From assembly GCA_038214755.1 (NCBI GenBank), contig JBBQRQ010000093.1:1-19836 (forward strand): 19,836 nt of DNA, read 5' to 3'. The notes beneath the pieces are model-generated. The model was not told the DNA's origin and ran no database searches. It worked only from the letters and a program-made list of their open reading frames with translations. This document shows positions 7,509-16,553 of this stretch, piece after piece (the first letter of the stretch is position 1; each line of letters starts with the position of its first letter). The stretch comes from Verrucomicrobiota bacterium (GTDB lineage: Bacteria > Verrucomicrobiota > Verrucomicrobiia > Limisphaerales > CANJXF01). A program made the position numbers and the translations under genes.

Positions 7509-8588
7509 ATGCATTTCACAACGGACAGGCTGGCTCGGCTTCAGCGGAGTTTAGAACTGGCCCTCAACCAGGAGTGGCCTCAACTGTGTGCGACGCAGAA
7601 GAAGCTAACGCCGCATCGCCCAAAACCAATCCGCGCCTGCGCTGGTTTGCATCCGCTCTCCGTGATTGCTACGGTGGCGACTGACGGTGGGGAAAACCGG
7701 TTGAGCTTGGAGCCGATTCGATTACAGGTCGTGCGCGTGGCCGACAGCCTCGGTGAAATCTACTTTGAGGAATTCATCGCGCAGTCGCTGAAGCCGGAGG
7801 AAATCGTACGGTTCTTTTTCCAGTCGAATGAGCGGTTGCAACGGTTTGTCGCTTACCTCCAATTGGACTGGCAACAATTGCTGCCGCAGTCGGATTTTCA
7901 GCGGAGTCATTTGCTGTCCATGCTGCGCGAGTTGATGGAATGGGCGGCGCTCTTGAAATTGGCCAGCCAGCCGCCGGCCAAGCTCTTGATTCGCGACGGG
8001 CTTCTGCGCAGCGTGATGCTGACGGACCTGGTCTTTCAGCGGATCGGAGAGAAGTTTGAATTGCTGACGGCGAAGCACGGTCATTTGTTGGTAGGCGTGG
8101 CCAAGCGATCGCGTGTGCTCAACTACCTGTCGGTCGCGCTCGGATTGAACGAAAGCTTCGCCAGTGGCGAGCCGGCGTATCTCTCCATCCCAGCCGAACT
8201 GGAGCGCGAGGCTGCGCCGGCGCAGTATCGTTGGATCGGCAGCCGGGCCTTGGGTTGCTTGCACATCGCCCGGCTGGACCGCGGCGAGAATGTGCCGCTG
8301 TTGCCGGTGGACGTCGCGGTCTGGCAGCGCGACCGCGTGGACGAAGCTATGTCGTTGCTGCACGACTCCGGGCGCGGGAGTTTTCCGATACGCGGCTATC
8401 CGCAAGCTCTCATCCAAGCACACGAGCACGCCCGGCTCGGCGGACTGGAAGTCGAGATGCTTGAAAAAATGTTGTTGGAGCGAATCGACGAGCGCGATCC
8501 AGCCGTGGCGCGAACGGCCAGGCAATTAATGCTTTTGGGCAAGCAGTTGACCGAGGAGATTCATAGTGACCAACAAGACGCAGCCTGA
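7509..8588 (+). CDS. nurA: NurA-family nuclease (RNase H-like fold)
   Basis: NurA motif order: VATDGG (Asp), RELMEW (Glu), LLIRDGLL (Asp), LVGVAKRS, GYPQALIQAHEHARL. Adjacent to a HerA gene. Confidence 0.85.
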   Translation: MHFTTDRLARLQRSLELALNQEWPQLCATQKKLTPHRPKPIRACAGLHPLSVIATVATDGGENRLSLEPIRLQVVRVADSLGEIYFEEFIAQSLKPEEIVRFFFQSNERLQRFVAYLQLDWQQLLPQSDFQRSHLLSMLRELMEWAALLKLASQPPAKLLIRDGLLRSVMLTDLVFQRIGEKFELLTAKHGHLLVGVAKRSRVLNYLSVALGLNESFASGEPAYLSIPAELEREAAPAQYRWIGSRALGCLHIARLDRGENVPLLPVDVAVWQRDRVDEAMSLLHDSGRGSFPIRGYPQALIQAHEHARLGGLEVEMLEKMLLERIDERDPAVARTARQLMLLGKQLTEEIHSDQQDAA

Positions 8589-10605
8589 TCTTTACGCAAA
8601 CACACCGGCAGTCGGTCTGCTGAAAGGCTTTTCGCCGCTGCCGCACCAGTTGGAAGTAGATGTGGTCGTGCCGCATCACGAGCGCGGCTTGCCCGGTTTC
8701 GGCGAGTTTCTGCTCGTCGAATTGAGCGCGACCGAGGCGCTCGTTGGGCGCGTCAGCCGCTATCAAGCCGCAGGCCAACTGGCGACAGATCGCGGTGATG
8801 CCTACTTGGGCGATCTGGCCAAGACTGAAGACGCCGTGCCCGCACCGCTCATGCGCCAGATGCTGCGCTACAATTTGAAAATGCAATTGCTCGGCCATCT
8901 GCAAGCGCAGTCGCGCGCGGGCAAATTCAAATTCTCCGTCGGCGAGCGCGCCTTCGCCACGCTCGGCGGCAAGGTACGGATTCCATCGGAATCAGCGCTG
9001 GCGTTTCTTTGCAACGTCGGCTTGGAAGACGATCCAACCGCCGTGCCGCTCGGACATTTGGTTTACGGCCAGCGGGAACTCAAGAATGTTCCGATTCGAT
9101 TCAGTATGGGACGACTGAAGGGCAAACGGAGTTTTGTGTTCGCACGCGCGGGTTACGGCAAAAGTAATTTAATCAAGTATCTGGTCTCGCAGCTTTATTC
9201 TTCGCCGCCGGATGTCGGCTTGTTGATCTTTGATCCGGAAGGCGAATATGCCCTGCCAGATGCACACGGGCGTCCCGGCTTGGTGGACGTGCCCGCGCTG
9301 CGAAATCGGATTTCGCTCTACACCAATCGCAAAGTTGGTGCGGCTCATGCCAGCGTGGTGAAGGGCAACGCTTTCGTGGACTTCGGCGATTTTCCGCCGC
9401 AGGACATCGTCGCTGCCTTTATTCCGCAAGAGAAGCAAGAGACCGTTTTCGCGAACCTGCTGCGCGGTCTCGAATGGAAAGCCTGGAAACAACTGGTCGA
9501 ACTACTCGCCGCGAACGGATTCACTTCCGACGACAAGAAAATCGGCGCGTTGCTTTCCTACAAACCTCGTGAGGGTGACGTCAGCATCGCCGCGATTAAA
9601 AATAATCTTGTTCCGCCAATTCGGCGGCTGCATCGGGCTGGCGCAACTCTGGGCAAGAACATCCTCGAGGAGTTGCGGCTCAATCGCGTGGTGATCGTTG
9701 ACATCTCTCTGCTGGGAGGCGAGGACGGTCTGGCCACCACGGGAATGCTGATGCGGCGCATCTTTCACCACAACGTTCGGCATCTGACTGACGTAGCGGG
9801 ACCGACGGTTCGCTGCCTTGCGGTTTTGGAAGAGGCGCAGACCATGCTGGGCGACCGCGTGCTGGACGACCGAAACGTGTTTGTGCGTTGGGTGAAGGAA
9901 GGGCGCAAGTATGGGCTGGGGTGCATCCTCGTCACCCAACAGCCGAGTTCCATTTCCAGTCAGATTATCAGCCAAGGCGACAATTTCTTCGCATTGCACC
10001 TGCTCAACGAAAGCGATCTGCAAACCCTCAAGAAGCACAATGCCTATTTCAGCGACGAGATTCTGGGCTTCCTCCGCAGCGAACCGATTCCAGGCAATTG
10101 CTACTTCTGGAGCGCGCCCAGCCAGCCCTTTGTCCTGCCAGCGCGCGTCTGCAATTTCGAAAGCGTTTGTCAGTCATCTTCTCAACCGGCTACCGAGGCG
10201 GCCGTGACGCCGCCCGATGCGAAACGGCTCACTGAACTCACGGCCAAAACCGTAAAGGAAACGCTGACGGCTTACGAGCGATTGTGGCTCTACCGGGTCC
10301 GCAGTGAGCGCGGGAAAAAAGACAGCGGGTGGGTGGCCTTCAGCACGGACTATCTCCAAAACATCGTGGCGCAGAAAATCGCGGAGAATCCGTCGTTTAA
10401 GCTAATGCCCGACGGCCTGCGCTGGCTTCAGACCCGGCTACCAGTCGAAATCGAAGCAGTATTGACTCGCCACAAGGCGCGTTCTGGCTATGCCGTAATC
10501 GAAGGCGTAACGCGTGCGGTGTGGGTGTTGCCTCAAGTCGAAATCAAACTGGACAAAGGCAAAACGTTTCGCTCGCCGACGGTTGAGGTAAAGGAGAGGA
10601 TTTAA
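8566..10605 (+). CDS. herA: HerA/FtsK-superfamily (DUF87-type) ATPase with an extra C-terminal domain
   Basis: GTG start with SD GAGGAG and a 23-nt overlap with nurA. HAS-barrel-like N-terminus (FGEFLLVE...LVGRV), Walker A ARAGYGKS, IFDPEGEY, Walker B AVLEEAQ, Arg finger KEGRKYG, ILVTQQPS. Confidence 0.9.
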   Translation: MTNKTQPDLYANTPAVGLLKGFSPLPHQLEVDVVVPHHERGLPGFGEFLLVELSATEALVGRVSRYQAAGQLATDRGDAYLGDLAKTEDAVPAPLMRQMLRYNLKMQLLGHLQAQSRAGKFKFSVGERAFATLGGKVRIPSESALAFLCNVGLEDDPTAVPLGHLVYGQRELKNVPIRFSMGRLKGKRSFVFARAGYGKSNLIKYLVSQLYSSPPDVGLLIFDPEGEYALPDAHGRPGLVDVPALRNRISLYTNRKVGAAHASVVKGNAFVDFGDFPPQDIVAAFIPQEKQETVFANLLRGLEWKAWKQLVELLAANGFTSDDKKIGALLSYKPREGDVSIAAIKNNLVPPIRRLHRAGATLGKNILEELRLNRVVIVDISLLGGEDGLATTGMLMRRIFHHNVRHLTDVAGPTVRCLAVLEEAQTMLGDRVLDDRNVFVRWVKEGRKYGLGCILVTQQPSSISSQIISQGDNFFALHLLNESDLQTLKKHNAYFSDEILGFLRSEPIPGNCYFWSAPSQPFVLPARVCNFESVCQSSSQPATEAAVTPPDAKRLTELTAKTVKETLTAYERLWLYRVRSERGKKDSGWVAFSTDYLQNIVAQKIAENPSFKLMPDGLRWLQTRLPVEIEAVLTRHKARSGYAVIEGVTRAVWVLPQVEIKLDKGKTFRSPTVEVKERI

Positions 10606-10618
10606 GTCATTCGCCTGA

Positions 10619-11512
10619 TTGTGCGCGACGATGCATTCGGCTTCAGTGTCGAGCGCGTTTCTCTGTCTCAACCCAGAGTTAAGGCAGTTCCGGCAGCTTG
10701 TGACGGGCGCACGGGCGCGTTTGGCGGAATTGGAAGTCAATTACACCAAGGAGAAGTCGCCAGTGGATGCCACGCAGGCGATTCTTTTCTGGCAGTTGCG
10801 CCAGCATTACCAGAAGCGCGATCAGCTTCGACTCACGGTGGATTATCGGCGGAAGTTTTTGGATTCACTCACGCGCGGCGATTCGGAAGCAGCGAAACAG
10901 GCAGAGCAGAATTTCGAGCAGGCCAAAACGCAAACGAACAAGGATTACGAAGAACTGGCAGCAGCGGCGGACAAAAAGAAGCAACTGACCCTCGAGCAAG
11001 AAGCCGAGTTGACGTTGCTCTGGAAAAAGTTGGTGAAACTGTATCATCCCGACCGCTACGCCAACGAGCCGGACAAGCTGGAGACGTTTCAAAAACTGAC
11101 TGCCGCCATCAATCACGCGAAGGACAACGGCGACATCGAGACGTTGCGCGAAATCGCGGAAGACCCGCAAGGCTTCATCCTGCGTCAAGGCTGGGCGAAG
11201 CTGGATTTCAAGGACGTGGAAGAACTTGCGCAATTGAAGCGTCTGCATGAAACGTTGCAGCGGGAAATTGCCGTGGTCGCGGAATTCCTTTCCAGGTAGC
11301 AGCCGACGTAAGGAGGCTCTGACTTGTTCCGAGTTTGAAGTGAGCCTCCTCACGTCGGCTGCTACCATAGTTACCAGAAACCGGGCGTGTTGGATGAACT
11401 GGCAGCGGAACGGACAAAGCAGCTTGAATTAGAAAATAAGGCGTTGGAAATGCAGGCTGATCTTCTGTCAAAGGAAATCAAGAAGTTGGGCGGCACGGAA
11501 AAGTTTGTTTGA
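10619..11512 (+). pseudogene. Coiled-coil J-domain (DnaJ-like) gene interrupted by a REP-like element, 5' end uncertain
   Basis: LWKKLVKLYHPDRY...FQKLTAAINHA is a J-domain with HPD. The stop at 11297-11299 lies inside the palindrome. The same frame resumes as YQKPGVLDELAAERTKQLELENKALEMQADLLSKEIKKLGGTEKFV* to 11512. No convincing start or SD. Confidence 0.75.
11295..11366. repeat. GTAG-type REP doublet, 72 bp
   Basis: Arms GGTAGCAGCCGACGT(A/G)AGGAGGCTC, 24/25 identical inverted repeat, 22-nt spacer. Confidence 0.92.
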
Positions 11513-11570
11513 ACGCTCTCCCCGTCTTCGGAAAAATCTCTCACGCAGATACCACGATCTCCGCCGGCAA

Positions 11571-12734
11571 CTAAACCTTTCCAATCCACTTGCGGTCATC
11601 CCAAACAGCCTTGAGCGAAGTGAGGTTGCGGCGGTCAAAAATATTTTTCGCGGCGGAAAGAACTTTGCCTTTTTTCAGATTGTTGTAGGCATCGCTGGCG
11701 CTGATCGCAACAAACTGCAGAACGCTCGGATCACGATAGCAATCAATCATGCACTTGGTGCAGCCATCGCGAATGATTTTCGTTTGATCGAATTCGTAGA
11801 TGTTGCACATGGGCGATTCCCAGGCGTGACAGCGGTAGAGATTCAAATTCCAGTCGAGATAAAAATATTTGTGCCCGCCGAGGCAGCCGAATTTTTCCGG
11901 CTCCTTTTTCAGGTGCCGTTGCATTTCGGTCAGCGACTCCGTTGGATTCACCACCGGATAACCGCTATGCCGCTTCATGTCTTTGATCTTTTCGAAAACC
12001 TGGATGAGTTCCTCGGTTTTGTAGTTCACCAGATTGGAATCGCTGAAACTAAGATAGCTCGAGGCCAGTGAGGTCAGCGGATAACTGAACGTGCAACTGG
12101 TGAAGCCAAGCGTTTGCAAAAATTCGGGAAGTTTTTCGTAGTCGTCGATGAGTTTGCTGGCGGTGACGCTGGCGGTGGTTTGAATTCCCAGTTCTTTAAA
12201 AACCTCGTTGGCGCGTTTAATTTTTCGGCAAACATCGGGCAGCCCCCGATTTTTCTCATGCTTCGTCACGTCGTGCGAATCAATCGACATGATGACGCTG
12301 CTCAAACCTTCCCTCGCCAAATCGCGCATGTTTTTCTCAGTCCAAAGCGAACCGTTGGTGCAGATCATTGCGTGAACGCCCGACTCAGTGGCGTAACGCA
12401 CCATCGCGCGAAGTTCTTTGTGGATGAGCGGTTCGCCGCCGACAAACAACAGATAGCCGATGTGATTTTTCACCGCGATGTCGATGACATCTTTGGCCTC
12501 CTGCAACGTGACGCTGCGGCGTTGTTTCGGATCAAATTTATCCACCGCGAATCCGCAGAAATCGCACTTGGCGTTGCAAAGATTGGTAATGGCGAATTGG
12601 AGATAACCCGGACCGCCATGTTCGAGAACTTCGCCAAAAAGTTTGAAAACATTTTTCTTCCGCTTCACGGGCGGGCGGGAAAAATCGGTGGCGGGTGGCG
12701 CGACGGGAATTGGCGCCTCTTGGGTGATAGTCAT
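11571..12734 (-). CDS. Radical SAM protein with a C-terminal Cys-rich (twitch/SPASM-like) region
   Basis: CNAKCDFC (CX3CX2C), GGEPL, TNG, SIDS. C-terminal CLGG...YRC...C...CTKCMIDC. Substrate not identifiable. Confidence 0.9.
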   Translation of the reverse strand: MTITQEAPIPVAPPATDFSRPPVKRKKNVFKLFGEVLEHGGPGYLQFAITNLCNAKCDFCGFAVDKFDPKQRRSVTLQEAKDVIDIAVKNHIGYLLFVGGEPLIHKELRAMVRYATESGVHAMICTNGSLWTEKNMRDLAREGLSSVIMSIDSHDVTKHEKNRGLPDVCRKIKRANEVFKELGIQTTASVTASKLIDDYEKLPEFLQTLGFTSCTFSYPLTSLASSYLSFSDSNLVNYKTEELIQVFEKIKDMKRHSGYPVVNPTESLTEMQRHLKKEPEKFGCLGGHKYFYLDWNLNLYRCHAWESPMCNIYEFDQTKIIRDGCTKCMIDCYRDPSVLQFVAISASDAYNNLKKGKVLSAAKNIFDRRNLTSLKAVWDDRKWIGKV

Positions 12735-12839
12735 TTCCAAAATGATTTTCGGAGAAAACGCCCTTGATGCAAACTTTCTTTTGCGTCGTGTGGTCTAATG
12801 AGCGCATCTCACTTTTTGAGCAACGGATTATCTGAGTCT

Positions 12840-13033
12840 GTCCCGAGAGTGACATTTGATAATAGCCCGGCGTTTGAACGCCGGGATAGAGATGGAGAAG
12901 GAGTCAGTTCCGAAGGAACGGCTGAAAAGCCATCCAATTGCCAGGCGTTTCGGCCGTCCCTTCGGGACTTATGAATCGCGCTTCGTTTCCCGGCGTTGAA
13001 ACGCCGGGCTATTCTCAGCAATCCCTTCGGGAC
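12840..13033. repeat. Composite palindromic element (REP/MITE-like)
   Basis: Arms GATAATAGCCCGGCGTTTGAACGCCGGGA (12858-12886) and 12988-13016 are 27/29 identical and each is itself a hairpin. Repeated GTCCC-TTC-GGGAC-type hairpins. Ends GTCCCG...CGGGAC. Confidence 0.85.
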
Positions 13034-13147
13034 AATCTTGATTCCGAGATGTCCAGTCATCCCGCAAAAAAAGAAAAATAGCTTTTTTGCTATTCTCATC
13101 CCGATAGACTGGTTGCCAGAATAATTTTTCGGACCGGCGTCTTGCAA

Positions 13148-13196
13148 TGGAACGCCGAACTCCGGTTCGGCTCGTTCCAGTCGAGTGTTCGGCGTC
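13148..13196. repeat. Short degenerate palindromic element
   Basis: ACGCCGAAC (13152-13160) pairs with GTTCGGCGT (13187-13195). Internal GCCGAAC-TCCG-GTTCGGC hairpin. Confidence 0.55.
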
Positions 13197-13290
13197 ATGC
13201 CAATTGAGAAATCGGCGCTCCTCTCCGAGAATTTATTTCGGCAACCAATTTAATCTTATTGATCACGCGGCAAAAGATTTCCCACTTCGG

Positions 13291-16200
13291 ATGAAACGGC
13301 TCTATTTTTATCTCAGTCTAATTCTCCTGCTCGCGATCATCGCTCGTGGCGCTGTGGAGTTTCCTGCTATTTACAACAGCGAAAAGGATAAGACCGCCAC
13401 TCCCCTTTCGCCCAAAGAGTCTCTGGCGAAATTACAATTGCCACCCCACTTCAAAGCGACCGTTTTCGCTGCTGAACCCGACGTGCGGAATCCTATCTCA
13501 ATGGCGTGGGACGCGCGTGGCCGCCTTTGGATTGCGGAAAATTATACTTATGCCGAACGCCCCCAAAGATTCGACCTTCAATTGCGCGACCGCATCTTAA
13601 TTTTCACGGATAAAAACGGCGACGGCCATTTCGATTCACGCAAAATTTTTACTAAAAACGTCCAGATGCTGACGAGCATCGAAATCGGTCATGGCGGAGT
13701 GTGGGCTTTGTGTCCGCCGCAACTATTTTTCATTCCAGATAAAAATGGCGATGATATTCCCGACGGCGCAACGGAAGTCGTGTTGGACGGATTCAAGGTG
13801 CCCGAGTCGAACTATCACAACTTCGCCAACGGTTTGCACTGGGGACCCGATGGCTGGCTCTATGGACGCTGCGGCGGTTCTGCTCCTGGGGAAATCGGCG
13901 CGCCCGGCACCCCTGATTCCACGCGAATTCCATTGCGCGGCGGCGTGTGGCGGTATCATCCCCAACGGAAAATTTTTGAAAGCGTTTGCACCGGCACGAT
14001 GAATCCGTGGGGACTGGATTGGGACGCGACCGGTGAAGCGTTTTTCGTCAACACGGTCAATGGCCATCTCTGGCACATGATTCCCGGCGCGCATTTCGTC
14101 ACGGCGCACACCATCGATCCGAATCCGCGCGCTTATGAATTGATTGATATGCACGCCGACCATTGGCACTTCGACACGGCGATTGGCTGGTCGAAATCCC
14201 TCGACGGAGCAGCCGATGCGTTCGGCGGCGGACACGCGCACAGCGGCGCGATGATTTATCAGGGCGACAATTGGCCGGCGGAATATCGCGGGCATTTGTT
14301 CACGATCAATTACAACGGTCGTCGCGTGAATCAGGAAATTCTGGAACGCACTGGTTCGGGCTACGTGGGGCGGCATGGGAAAGATCCCTTTATTTTCGGC
14401 GACACCTGGTTTCGCGGAATTGAACTCGGCTACGGGCCAGACGGTGGCGTGTTCGTCCTCGATTGGAATGACATTGGCGAATGTCATGAAGCAACCGGGG
14501 TTTACCGCACGTCCGGGCGCATCTACAAAATTACTTACGACAGAGCCAACGGTAGAGCGAGACTCCCGTCGAGCTTCGGGCAAAATCCAGTCGCCGATCT
14601 GGCGAAGTTGAGTGTGAGTGAACTGGTGAAATTGCATTCGCACACCAATGAATGGTTTGTCCGCCAGGCGCGATTGCAACTCGCCGAACGCGCAACCACT
14701 GGCGTCAATTTTCAAACCGCGAAAATAGAACTGCTGGAAATGTTCGCGCGCGAAAAAAATGAAGTGATGAGATTGCGCGCAGTGTGGTCGCTCTACGCCA
14801 TTGGCGCGGCGGACGAAATTTTTTTACGTGACCTGCTGCATCACTCCAACGAACACGTTCGCGTTTGGGCGATTCGTTTGCTCACCGATTTTTGGCCGCT
14901 TGATACCGTAATGTCCACGCGCCCTAGTGGGGCAGGCTTCCAGCCTGCCTCTGCGGGCATCTTGCCCGCGTTGGAAACTGGGGCTGGAAGCCCCGGTGGC
15001 AGGCAGGATGCCTGCCCCACTACTTTGACAGGATTCATCCATCTCGCAAAAACAGATTCATCCGCTCTCGTTCGTCTGGCGCTCGCCAGCACGTTGCAAC
15101 GCCTGCCGGTTTTTCAACGAGTGGAACTTGCCGCGCCCCTGCTCTCTCACAGCGAGGATGCCAACGACCACAATCTTCCGCTCATGATTTGGTATGGATT
15201 GATTCCCGTTGGCGATGCGGAACCTGACTCACTTGTTAAACTCGCCGCTGATTGCCAGATATCCACGGTGCGAAAATTAATCGCGCGCCGTTTGGGCGAA
15301 GACCTCGAAAAAAATCCGGCACCGTTGAACGAGTTGTTGAAGTTGACCGCTAAAAAATCGGAGCCGTTCCAAACAAATATTTTGGATGGATTATCCGAAG
15401 CGTTGCGCGGCTGGAGCAAAGCAAAGAAACCAATCGCTTGGGACGGCTTCCAAAATAATCTAGCCGTCTCAACAAATATTTTTCTGCGTGCTCACGTCCG
15501 CGATTTGAGCGCGCTCTTCGGCGATGGCCGCGCGCTCGATGAAATCAAACGCATCGCGCTGGACCGCAAAACTGATCTCAATTTCCGACGCGTCGCTTTG
15601 CAAACTCTAATTGAGAAACGCCCTCCTGACCTCCGCGAGATTTGCGAGCAACTATTGGACGTGAGATTTCTCAACTCGACCGCAGTACGAGGTTTGGCGC
15701 TTTTCGATGATCCAGAAATTGGGAAAAAACTGGCGACGAACTATACCAAAGTCCATTTCACCGAACGCCGTCCGGTCATGGACGTTTTGGTTTCGCGCCC
15801 ATCGTTCGCCGAAGCAATGCTCGATGAAATGGCCGCGGGAAAAATTCCGCGCACCGACCTCACGCCGTTTCACGCGAGGCAAATTCGCAGTTTCAACGAT
15901 GAGAAACTCACCGCGCGACTGGCCGAAGTCTGGGGCGAACTGCGCGACAGCCCCGCTGAGAAAAAACAATTGATCGCGCAATTGAAAACGAAATTGAGGC
16001 CCGCCATTCTCGCCGCTGCCGATAAAAGTCGGGGTCGCGTTGTTTTCAATACTTCCTGCGCGACGTGCCACACTCTTTACGGTTATGGCGGAAAAGTTGG
16101 ACCCGACCTCACCGGTTCAAGCCGCGACAATTTGGATTATCTGCTGGAGAACATCGTCGATCCGAGCGCGGCGGTGAGCGCTGACTTTCGCATGTCCATC

Positions 16201-16428
16201 GTTGATCTGAAAGATGGGCGAACTCTCAACGGCATGGTCTCGGCAAAAACAGAGCGGACGATTACTTTGCAAACGATGACGGAGGCGGTCACGCTCGAAC
16301 GCGCGGCGATTGAAAAAGTTCGGCAGTCGTCGCTTTCATTGATGCCCGAAGGTTTGCTCGAAGCTCTTAATGAAACGCAGGTGCGTGATCTCCTCGCCTA
16401 TCTCTTGCATCCCACTCAGGTGCCTTGA
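13291..16428 (+). CDS. PVC-type heme-binding CxxCH protein (membrane-bound dehydrogenase-like propeller, HEAT-like repeats, cytochrome c)
   Basis: Signal peptide MKRLYFYLSLILLLAIIARG. Motifs FAAEPDVRNPISMAWDARGRLW, DKNGDG, NGLHWGPDGWLY, NPWG, CATCH, GPDLTG, SLSLMPEGLL. Start moved to ATG 13291. Confidence 0.92.
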   Translation: MKRLYFYLSLILLLAIIARGAVEFPAIYNSEKDKTATPLSPKESLAKLQLPPHFKATVFAAEPDVRNPISMAWDARGRLWIAENYTYAERPQRFDLQLRDRILIFTDKNGDGHFDSRKIFTKNVQMLTSIEIGHGGVWALCPPQLFFIPDKNGDDIPDGATEVVLDGFKVPESNYHNFANGLHWGPDGWLYGRCGGSAPGEIGAPGTPDSTRIPLRGGVWRYHPQRKIFESVCTGTMNPWGLDWDATGEAFFVNTVNGHLWHMIPGAHFVTAHTIDPNPRAYELIDMHADHWHFDTAIGWSKSLDGAADAFGGGHAHSGAMIYQGDNWPAEYRGHLFTINYNGRRVNQEILERTGSGYVGRHGKDPFIFGDTWFRGIELGYGPDGGVFVLDWNDIGECHEATGVYRTSGRIYKITYDRANGRARLPSSFGQNPVADLAKLSVSELVKLHSHTNEWFVRQARLQLAERATTGVNFQTAKIELLEMFAREKNEVMRLRAVWSLYAIGAADEIFLRDLLHHSNEHVRVWAIRLLTDFWPLDTVMSTRPSGAGFQPASAGILPALETGAGSPGGRQDACPTTLTGFIHLAKTDSSALVRLALASTLQRLPVFQRVELAAPLLSHSEDANDHNLPLMIWYGLIPVGDAEPDSLVKLAADCQISTVRKLIARRLGEDLEKNPAPLNELLKLTAKKSEPFQTNILDGLSEALRGWSKAKKPIAWDGFQNNLAVSTNIFLRAHVRDLSALFGDGRALDEIKRIALDRKTDLNFRRVALQTLIEKRPPDLREICEQLLDVRFLNSTAVRGLALFDDPEIGKKLATNYTKVHFTERRPVMDVLVSRPSFAEAMLDEMAAGKIPRTDLTPFHARQIRSFNDEKLTARLAEVWGELRDSPAEKKQLIAQLKTKLRPAILAAADKSRGRVVFNTSCATCHTLYGYGGKVGPDLTGSSRDNLDYLLENIVDPSAAVSADFRMSIVDLKDGRTLNGMVSAKTERTITLQTMTEAVTLERAAIEKVRQSSLSLMPEGLLEALNETQVRDLLAYLLHPTQVP
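14925..15022. repeat. Palindromic element inserted in frame in the CxxCH gene
   Basis: Perfect 13-bp terminal IR TAGTGGGGCAGGC...GCCTGCCCCACTA with four internal hairpins. Translated as SGAGFQPASAGILPALETGAGSPGGRQDACPT. Confidence 0.9.
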
Positions 16429-16553
16429 AATTTTTAAAACAAGAACACTTGTCGCAAAAAAAATAAATTCGATGCGTTCGGCGGGGGACACGCCAAACGC
16501 CGCAGGATTTGCGATTGCATTTTCAGAGTTCTGTAGCGAATGGCTGAAATGAA

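Noticed and set aside
7722..8525. 267-aa antisense ORF over nurA, and similar shadow ORFs over herA, GT2, tolC, radical SAM and CxxCH
   Set aside because: These are antisense or off-frame by-products of GC-rich coding sequence, with no recognisable motifs.
12809..13198. 129-aa minus-strand ORF
   Set aside because: It is largely a translation of palindromic repeats in the divergent intergenic region.
13147..13290. N-terminal extension of the CxxCH ORF
   Set aside because: It begins in a palindromic repeat and precedes the signal peptide.
16474..16500. Hairpin GCGTTCGGCG/CGCCAAACGC between convergent genes as a terminator
   Set aside because: The stem is imperfect and has no adjacent U-tract, so its function cannot be assigned.
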